Below, piece by piece: positions 22,401-32,681 of a DNA stretch of 32,681 nt. A program made the position numbers and the translations under genes. The notes beneath the pieces were generated by a model. That model ran no database searches, was not told the origin of the DNA, and was given only the letters and a program-made list of their open reading frames with translations. Source of the stretch: Ginkgo biloba (Eukaryota > Plantae > Ginkgophyta). The stretch is from NCBI GenBank assembly GCA_024626585.2, contig JANKJI020000002.1, forward strand, positions 162,906,048-162,938,728, given 5' to 3'. The stretch's first letter is position 1; the number at the start of each line of letters is the position of its first letter.

Positions 22401-25013
22401 TATCATATAGACTTGATGGCACCTTCCTTGAGATTTAACTGATCTCTAATACTGGATGGTAAAGTCAAATGATGTTGGGTGGTTCGATCACTCGTTAGTG
22501 ATAAGTTACAAAGACCAACACTATCGTTAGTCATCTCTAGGACCTCAGTAGATAGCCCCCGCTGACATTGTCAGTGATCCACTCCAAAGGTATACACGAA
22601 ATATATTTTTATCATTGTTCAGTATGAGTACCTCCAATGACGTGGAAATAAAATAAACGATAATTGGAGCTTATGCAGAAGGCTTTGTCATGGGATGGAT
22701 AGAACTAACAACAAGTGCTTGCAAGCAAATGCAACTTCCACAAATACACAAAATGCTCAAAACACTGGACTATTATATTATGATGAAATTATGCAAATAC
22801 AACTTTGCTCATCAATTATTTTACATGAATACATTTGAAAGTATTATCCCATATATCAATTGTCCCTTTGATGGAGAATTTGCTCATAAGTTTGCCTAGC
22901 TCCACAAACCAGAACCTTGCATGCATACACTTTGCTAGTTGTATCAATTTTATCTCCTCAAGTTACCTTCACTGTTGGCAATCTTCCTCTATGTTCTTCA
23001 TCTTTCTCCTAAGTTGACTTACATTCGACATTCTACCCAGTCTTCCCTTGCTACTAAGCTTAGTTCCTTCGGCTTCAACACTTGATCCCAATAGGTGCTT
23101 TCCAACTTCCTTTCAACACAACCTCTAGGGTGCCTCACAATCAAATTTTAACCTAACTTTCTTCTTCACTGCTCCTCCTAAGGATCCTCTTGGTAGAATT
23201 TTCGCTTCACCAAGTTTTATCTCCTCCCAACTCTACCCCTTATGACTCCTCTCTAGACCAATTGTCTACCAACTGACTAAAAAATGCCTCCAAAAAATGA
23301 TCGAACACCTTCTTCTTCTCCTCTTTGAGATTANNNNNNNNNNNNNNNNNNNNNNNNNNNNNNNNNNNNNNNNNNNNNNNNNNNNNNNNNNNNNNNNNNN
23401 NNNNNNNNNNNNNNNNNNNNNNNNNNNNNNNNNGGGAAGGATATTGATTCGCGGGAACCATCCATGTGGCACACTATCATATTATCTTAAGAAATGTGTG
23501 AATGAAATAATTGAAAATCCCTCCCCCTAATTTTGGTAAAGGATCACCCAGAGTTATCATGATAGCGATGTGTAGTAGTATCTCACATTGTCCTTTCTCA
23601 TGGCTCATAGCACTTGGCAAAAAAAAACTCATAAGGGTGCAAGTTTAAGAGGGCCGATAGACCACCAAGTGGAAGATTCCTAAGGCTTCTTCCTCCTATG
23701 ACATTTTAAAATAGGGAAATCACTTGGTGAAACAATCATAAGGAACAAGTTCATGAGATATCACCACATGGTGAAATCTCATTATCTACCTCCTCATGGT
23801 GGTGGAAGACATTGAGGAAATCCCAAAGGGATGCGAGCATGAGAGACCACAAAGGGACGATAGGTGTAAATAACCCATGAGTTCTCTCCTCGCAATGGTG
23901 TTAGGAAGTGGAATATTTATTTGAGGTGATGAAAAAATATGCCATCCTTAGGGGATCAAAAGGATTCCAAGTGTCATGATCTTGGGCTCTCTTGGCCACA
24001 TGGTAGAAAGGAGGCCGCAGGGGTCTCACCTAGAGATGGTGACACTTAGCACCATCACAGAGCCCCTGTGCTCCAAGCCCCAAGGCAGAAGAGATAGAGA
24101 AAGACCATAGGGTCCCATCCCCTTGTTGGTGTCACATAGTGCCATCTCAGGGTCCCTTCTCTCACGCCCATCTTAAATAGTGCCATAAAATTAAAAGGGA
24201 CTTGTGAGCCCAAATTGTAGGGTAGTGATAGATAGAAGAGCCTCAGGGCTTCCCCTAGCTTAGTTTAAATGGGAAAAATCATGAAGAGTTTTTTTAGCAG
24301 CGACTCTTACCACTTGATTTACAAGGAAATTCTACACGAATGAATAAGAAGGTAATGTGGATAAATCTACAGTGACAGTCCTCCTTCATAGAGGGAGATG
24401 TTTCAATCATTTAGTTTGGATTTTGACGTCCTCTTCCAAATAGTTAACAACCATATGCACAGGAGGATCAATCAGTTCGTCAATACAACTCAAAGAGATA
24501 AAGAAGGGGACATATATAGTTGCATGTATCTACCCAAAATTGGTAAATAATCTTGAATCCCAACAAAGTCGCTCAGGATTATGCATGACAACCGAATTCA
24601 ACTATAATTCTCTATTAAAAGTTAGAAAATCTCATGCATACTCTATTTTGAGAATAAAGCTAAAGAAGAGAAACAAATCATTTTAGAAATATCCTCGAGA
24701 GTTGGGGGTTAAGTTAGAGTATTCACCCATTAATAGGGAAGGGAGGAGTGATTAGAGATGTAATAAAAGGAAAAGGTTGAATCCTTTGAAGGGGTTTGAC
24801 CCATTATGCAATTGCTCCCAGAGAGTTTCTTGTGAGATCGTCCCATCCAGTGTATTCATCTATGATTATTACTCAACTGGAGGATTTTCCTCTGAGTCAT
24901 TGGAACTTCTCCTNNNNNNNNNNNNNNNNNNNNNNNNNNNNNNNNNNNNNNNNNNNNNNNNNNNNNNNNNNNNNNNNNNNNNNNNNNNNNNNNNNNNNNN
25001 NNNNNNNNNNNNN

Positions 25014-25600
25014 TGACATATTGTGATCGATCTTCAACTTTTGGAAGAGTTCATTCATCATTTCATTAATGAAATGGGAACTATGATTAGAAATAATTTG
25101 TCAAGGGACACTAATTTGACATATTATGTGGTTAAATATGAACATTATTATAGTGTGTATATCAACTCTATGAATTCCTCCCAATTGGTGAAACAATCAA
25201 TAGTGATAATAATATAATTGCGTTGACCACTTGATGGGGGTCTATATTCCATGAAAATAATTCCCAATTTAGAGAATGGACCTATAGAAACGATTAGATA
25301 GAGAGGCATAGATGATGCTAATTATTTAAACATTGAACACTGGTAGTTAGCACATCGCTTGATTTCATAATGACAAACTTTAAATATTATTAACTAGTAA
25401 TATCCTACGTGAAATATTTTTACAATTCTGGTCATGCTAGCTTGGTGACTGCCATATGCCCCCATATGATAGTCATTTAAAACTTTAATAATTTTAGAAT
25501 AATCAAGGTAATGTTGTATAACTCCACTAATGACACATTTATAAAGTGTGTATGCCATGATAATGTAACATGGCACTTATTATCAAATTCTTCTTTTATC
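25014..25600 (-). mobile_element. Ty3/gypsy (Athila/Tat-like) integrase remnant
   Basis: Zn-binding-like VLNDYHMGAYGSH...GYY, then PFSKLGI, YIITIDCFTNWEE and VP*QIISNHSSHF (decayed DDE core). Confidence 0.78.
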
Positions 25601-28600
25601 CTCTTTTGATTCATAAGATTTATAATTTTGAGTTCATGGATAAGAGGATAATATATTTGTGGATTGAAGGTCGAGTGGAAATGAAAAAGAGGCTCTGCTA
25701 AGGATTATCCTTATAGAGGGTTATGGCGGCTAAGATTTTTTGGATTTCTCTATCAAAGTATGCGTTAAGGTTCGTGTGGTGCTTCAAATGGAGGCTTCAA
25801 GGATCATTGGTTTTTAAAGTCTACTTTAAAGGTGCTCATGGCAGGGTCTTCATCTCTTATTTCATTTGGCTTCTATGTGGGTCTTCTCTTGTCCTTTCCC
25901 TTGTTGTTTCGTTACTTGCAATGAGGTGTTTCATTGTTCTAAGGTGCCTCCCTAGCCCTTCTCTGTTAGGGGAACTACTTGAGTGGCAGCTTGGCCTTTA
26001 GGTATATTTCTTAGTGTTTGGGGTCTTCAGGATTTTACTTTGGCCACTTTCTCCTCTGTTGTGATGGTAGCAACTGAGAATGGTGGGAGGTTTCTCCTTT
26101 GGTGGTGACCCATTAAAGGGTGTGTCCTCAGATCGAATGTTTGGCTCTTTTAAGGGCCTTTTTTGACTTGTTNNNNNNNNNNNNNNNNNNNNNNNNNNNN
26201 NNNNNNNNNNNNNNNNNNNNNNNNNNNNNNNNNNNNNNNNNNNNNNNNNNNNNNNNNNNNNNNNNNNNNNNNAGTATGCATGCATGGGCTATGGAAGTGT
26301 GTATGGGCATATTTATTTATAGGGCCTATGTTACTATGTATGTGATATGGAATTTTACATTTGAAAATCAAAATCTTGTGTTATCACACATTATATACTT
26401 TTTTCACTTGTTATCTTACAAAATTATAATAAAGATCTTCTTCTTCTTCTAATTCTTTGATTTCATGAGATCTTGACAAGATTATTTGAGATTTATATTC
26501 TTGTCCACTTGTGAGAATATTTTTGAACTAAGAATATTATGTAGGTAACTATGTGGGTGTTGTGGTTGATTCGTGAGTATTGACAGATCATTTATCAAGC
26601 TATGTATAAGGAATGACATGTGTGAAGAATCTACATGCATGATTTTTAGTCTTCAAGAAAATATGTGACAACACTTCTAGAGAAATTTTGATGCAATTAG
26701 GGAAACCCATGTAACTTATAGGAAGTGCCACACCTTTTATCTAACTCCATACAAACTCAAATTTAGCAAAATATCTTCTTGTTGATAGGGATAGGACCAT
26801 ACAATTTGTACACAAGTTTTTACAACAAAGTTTGTAAAGAATATAGAGAGGCAAAGAGATGATTACCCCTTGGCTAATGCATCTTAAAGGTTTATTTCAA
26901 TCCACTACCATCAGGTACATCATGTTATGATAAAATCNNNNNNNNNNGTCATGAGATCTATCTTTAATTATTTAAAGGCATATGATCCTTTTAGACCTAC
27001 TTAAAAGGGACATAATTCCTAAGAAGATGAAGCAACCCTTCAAATTTGACTACATAATCCTAGATGAATCTCCTCAAATAGTTAACTCTTTGTTAGAAAC
27101 TTTGAACTTCTCTAATTATGCATGGTGGTGACAAATGAATTATTCATTTTATCTCATTGTGTGTTATGAGAAAGGACCAAACTTCTATATAGTCATACTA
27201 CAACTATTAGCCACTACAAAATTAGGAATTCATAACACTTTAAGGAAAAGAGAATTCAAAGAGAGGTAGAAGAAATACCTATCAACATTTTGTTTATATA
27301 TTTGAGTTTATGATTCTCCAAAATTCCTATTTTAGGATGATAATATTTCCTTAAAATCTATGTAGCTATAAAGAGTAAGTTAAATAACAAGTGAGAGTGC
27401 CATAAGGTCTTAATTTAAAGCTTAATATAATGGAAACAAACACATGGATTGGTAATAAATAAACCTCCCATTATTTAAAAATGAATTAAAAAGTTATAAA
27501 TAATGAAATATAAAAATAAAGAAAATAAGTTATGAAATTGTGGTGTCAATCAATTCCTCAAAACATTTCTCCCTCCTTTACACTAGTGTACCAAGTAATT
27601 ACATCAATCTTCAAGCTACAATAGAAATTTTAGCAAAGATTTTATGTCTAGTTACTTTTTATCCTTCTTATCCCTTGTATGAAGAGGTATTTATATATCC
27701 AAATATAGAAGATTATATCCATTGTTTATCTCATATTGTGAGTTATCTACTCCAAGATTATTAGGATTAGTACCCATCTCTAACTTATTTCCTCCTTGTG
27801 AGGAAAGGAAGCTTCCGTTTATGAGGGTAATTACATAATTATATTTTATTATTTTTTACCAATTATTCCACACCTTCCAAGAAGTTCATTTCTTTCCATG
27901 TACTATAGTGAGACCCTGCAAAGAGAAACTATAGGATAATGACCTACCATTTAGGGTAATATGCCACCTAGTTCTTTTAGGCATATCATACTCAATTTCC
28001 AATGGAAAGTTCTTTTTGATATTAACAAATTTCCCCTTGAAGTATGAGGATAGTAGAGGATTAGATCGCTAATATACTTTAGCATTCAAATACCCAAGTT
28101 GGTTCTAGGATTCATATTAACTATGTAGCTAATATAATATCTAGAGATAGACATCTTTATTAAATATTCTACTTTTGATGTTGATGTTAATGATAAAGTT
28201 TAAAGGAGAAATAGAGGGCTTAAGCCATTGATTTTTACTTGTAATAATCACAAGACTCCTACTCCTTCTTATATTGTAATAATGTAAAGGGGACATTCTC
28301 CATGCTCACTTATTATATTTAAAGGGTTAGACAAGTCCCAATCTCAATAGTTGAATATTATTTCAGATCAAGAGTTAGATAGGTACCTTATGGATTTTAT
28401 TTTAAGTTTTAAATATAGTAACTATAAAATATAATTGTGTAGTACTAGTTTGAATTATTAGGAATAATGTTTAATTATTAAGTAATTATTTATAGTATTT
28501 ATTTTCCTAAATGTGAGTTAGGACATTATTCAAGGTATGTGGTCCATACACATTTTTAACTCTCAAATACATGTATCATTATTCTCAACTAGGTGTCCTC

Positions 28601-31600
28601 CTTCTATGTTTTTATTATTTTCTCACATGTATGTATGTAGCCCCTATTTTTGATGTGTCATCTTATAAATTATAAATCCTCAACCTTAGATTATTCTCAT
28701 GTTATATAAATACATTCATTTTACTCCACTCTATATTAAAATGAGAGACAATTTGGAGTAATGATATCACAAATATTTCTTGATAGACAAAGTTTACAAT
28801 TTAGCACAACCGTATAAATTGTTAGGATTACATGAGAAGACATTTGGACGCATTGGACAGTGCCAAAAAAACACCAGAAGGCATGGCACAATCCATATAC
28901 AAGATCCATCAGTTTAAGGAGACTTGCTACTACCATAGGAAACTTGTATAACAGTGGTCTGCACAAGAATGAGTGTTATTGCCAAAGGTAGCAGATGGCA
29001 TAGACAATACTTGTATCATCAATGGCAGTTGCTTGCAGCTTGTTCATAGAGATAATAGTTACAATTAAAAATTGCGGAAAAATAACAATTGGAAAACTTA
29101 GAAAAACAAGTCAACCATGCATGTCATCCCAAAAGACAACTAGTTTGAATCACGATGAAATAGCAATTTCAAGCATACAGATAAATGTGATGTTAAAATA
29201 TTGGTGTCGTTTCAAAAAGATTTCACAGCAAGTCAATCATGGAAAGCGGGAAAAGTGCAATATTCCTTATTAACTTCAGATTTGGCAATTAAGGAGGTAG
29301 TTATGAGAAACCTATAATCCATTCATTGAATGGTTGTAGTTGAATTACAGTTTAAGTGTGCACTTGCTGATTGTGATGCAGGAAACTAGAGTTGCAATTT
29401 CAATGGTTGTATTGAGTTGTGACTATCACNNNNNNNNNNTGTAATCATGAGATTGTAGTTAGGGTGCAGGAATTTTGCAAGCCAAATTTTAGCTAATAGA
29501 TCATGAGACAAATGTTACGCATGGACAGAACACTAAGATCATAAAGATTGAAAGAGCTTATTCAATCATAAATCGATGAGACAATTGTTGAGAGAAATCC
29601 GTTTTTCCAATGCAGGGGATATGAAAGTCTTGACACATCAATTGTTAAAGAAATCAAGTGTTTGCTCAAGCAAGAGAATAGTCAAAAGAGATGTTGGGAT
29701 TGTGAAGAGCTAGTGGTGACAACAAGTGTCGATGTGCCCTTAGAAGTCCCAATTAAACAAGTGACTGAGTCAATGTTGTTAAGGAGGTTCAACAGTTCCC
29801 AGCCAATGGACAAAATTGATAGGAATTTTTACACATCACAGAAACACGGTATAGAGCTCATGGTTGAAGATAATGAATAAGTGCCTATGGACAAGAACTC
29901 TTAGGGCTCCCAATTAACAACAACAACTGGATAAAATTCACCCCAAGGAGTAGTTCTAAAAGAAGGGTGAGAACCTTCTAGGAAAGAAAGAAATTATAGT
30001 AATGCCCACAAATGACCAGAATTGATCAATGGGACTATGAAGAACAATAAAATCCCCAACACATACATGGGGATGTCATTTGGAAAGTGATCTATTACAA
30101 TGGGACCATGTTGCAAGGCATCTAAATAGCAAAAGAAGTGGTAGAGGAGGTGCCTCTCCTACCATCCAAGGTCAATGTACCTCCCATTGAAGTGATAAAG
30201 CTAATACTTGATTATTAAAGGATCTAAGAGTATAGTTCCATTCCTTCAAAGAGGCATACCATGATAGAGAACAATGTATCATGCATTTGTGAGTGTTGTC
30301 ATGAGTATTAGCAAGTGGCACCTATGTCCAATAACCTCAATAATAGGATAGAAAAAAATAAGTAAAATGCATATCAATCTTTGACCATCCCTCAATAAAC
30401 GTTGACTATGAAAAACTACATCCTTGATGAAAAATACTAAACGTATCAGGCTCTCCAATCTAAATAAAAGTGGAAAGAGAACCCTTTGCACTCTTAGACA
30501 AACAATAATACTTGCCTCTATTGTTATAATACACCGAATACTTGAAAATGAAGCATTCATTCATCTCCACCTCCAAAGAACAAAGTCTACAAATATGTCA
30601 ATCACTAGGCATATGGTATTCTACAACTCTACACTAGTGTGAGCAAACTCGCAATTGTGTATGAGCAATGTCATCAACGGTAGTCCAAGAGAACAATGAT
30701 ACCATCTAAAATATGGAGTAAATGCTTAAAATGGAAGTCCAACTTGGCACTAAGTGGTTGAGAAGGAGAAATCCATGTAGTCTCGACATGCATCCTTTAT
30801 ATGTCATCTCTAATATTGTAACTAACCTCCTTGTTGGGTGAAGGAGATCAAGGAGTAGCATCCAAGGAAATTATGTGAGGTAGGTAGATAGTCANNNNNN
30901 NNNNNNNNNNNNNNNNNNNNNNNNNNNNNNNNNNNNNNNNNNNNNNNNNNNNNNNNNNNNNNNNNNNNNNNNNNNNNNNNNNNNNNNNNNNNNNTGCTCA
31001 TTGGGCTCTTCAAGTCATTCATTTTGCTCCTTTACATTGCTTGTTAGACTCCTTGTTGGTCATTCATTAGGCTTCTTCACACTGCTCCTTGGCTTGATGA
31101 AAAATTAATTAGAACATTCACTAAGTCTTCTTTCCCTTTCAGTTCTTTAGGTCATTTTTCATAGCCCCTTTACACTATTTGCAAGACTTCTTTAGGTCAT
31201 TATTTAGGCTTCATAAGCTCATTCGCCATAATGGTTCGACTTTCCGTTCTTATTTGTCTGCTCCATAACTTTCATAAAAGGAACTAACTTGTCAATCCTT
31301 CACTCAGCCAATTCATTGTCCATCAATGGTGTTGCCTAGACGTGCTCACATATTTAAAAAGGTTATAACACAAGAACATGAGAATGACTCCTCCCATTAA
31401 CAAAATCCTCAACTCCTTCCCTGATTGCCTCACATTTGGAGATTTTATAGTTTATCTCGATTATCCTTCCAGTACTTTCTCTTAAAATTGCCTCATGGTT
31501 AGCATTTGGTTCCTTATCCCCTTAGCTCTACAAGTGCACACTTTACCTTATGCATCAACTTGTCTCCTTAGGCTACCTCTCAATCGACGATATGTCCCTT

Positions 31601-32170
31601 CTTAATTGAGCCACCACACGGCATCTACATTGAACCCACTTAAAAAGAGTAAAAAATAAAAGATGCAATAGATCGAACCCTTTCCTCTCCTTTTCAGTGC
31701 TTATATACTTCATTCAAATTACCTAGAAGGCAACGCTTCCCTCCAACAACTTAGTTGGTGAGAATTCATTACAACTCCAATAATTATGCTAATAAGATGC
31801 TCTTAACTGATACCTCCCACTAAGGCATAGCCTTCTCCTTCTCTGGTATAGCCTAATGGTAGGGTTAGTTAAAGTTTCACTATACACCCACCTACAATGA
31901 CTATGCTTAGTATCTTTTCCTTTGACTCCTACATGTAGTTTTTTACCTAACTCTCTCGCTTAAACTTCTAGTTGTTGATCTTTAATGGAAACTTCATTAA
32001 GTCTTTACCCATCACCTTCTCTTCTTTCCTCAATGAGTTAATTTATCTATCATTGGTTCTCCATGACTTATTATTTTCCACCTTATCCTCCTTGTCTTGC
32101 ATCTCGTACTTTCCCTATTTATGGTCTTCCACCACTTATTGGTCATATTCCTCTCATGGCCCTTCCTAAT

Positions 32171-32238
32171 ATTATCACCTAACATTGTCACCTAACATTA
32201 TCTTCTGACATTGTCACCTTACCTTGTCACCTAACATC
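32171..32238. repeat. ~13-bp degenerate tandem repeat (ATTGTCACCTAAC)x~5
   Basis: attatcacctaac attgtcacctaac attatcttctgac attgtcaccttac cttgtcacctaac. Confidence 0.75.
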
Positions 32239-32681
32239 CTTGTCAGTGTTTTTGTCAATCATCCTCTGTCGATGATGGATTCCTTCTGACTTTCTTGTGT
32301 TTACCAACTACCTCATGTCCAATGCTCAATTGTTGACTTCACCATTTGGCCTTCGTCAGACCATCTCCACCTTTTATTTGGTGCCTTCATCTCTAACGAA
32401 TATTTTGACAAGTGACTTTATGAGTCACTTCCTTGCATTTCTCTTTGTCGATGTCAATCTCTTAGATTTTCCTCATCGATCATTAGTCGTCGATCCTTTT
32501 ATCTCCAACATGGTATTGTTGTATCCCTTTTCAAGTTCCTTCATTGACGATTGATCATCGCTATGCCACTATCACTGAACTCACCTTCTTGGCAAGCCAC
32601 TCAATCTACCCATGTATCAAATATTATATTCTTCTTTCATCGTACATTTTATTGGTGCCCTCTGAAGAGTCCCTTACTCAT

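Overview
Gap-rich, AT-rich plant nuclear scaffold. The old, degenerate retrotransposon landscape looks gymnosperm-like (inference). The left ~4 kb holds the 5' part of a minus-strand cyclin-dependent kinase G gene (CDKG/CDK11-like, PMTSLRE motif): a large coding exon 738->=2311, a 129-bp exon 394-522, and an intron running to position 1. The most unusual feature is at 3188-3452, just upstream and in the same orientation. It is an intron-less (spliced) copy of two internal CDKG kinase exons, 121/129 identical to the local exon with all 8 differences synonymous, and it lies in what looks like a multi-exon 5' UTR. The other ~28 kb is decayed transposons: a two-LTR CRM-like Ty3/gypsy element whose RT is split by a 2.76-kb solo-LTR-like insertion, a second divergently oriented CRM-like element, L1 LINE ORF2 (zf-RVT + RNase H) and ORF1 remnants, another gypsy 5' end, an Athila/Tat-like integrase remnant, and small repeats and hairpins. 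No prokaryotic-type system, RNA gene or CRISPR array is supported.
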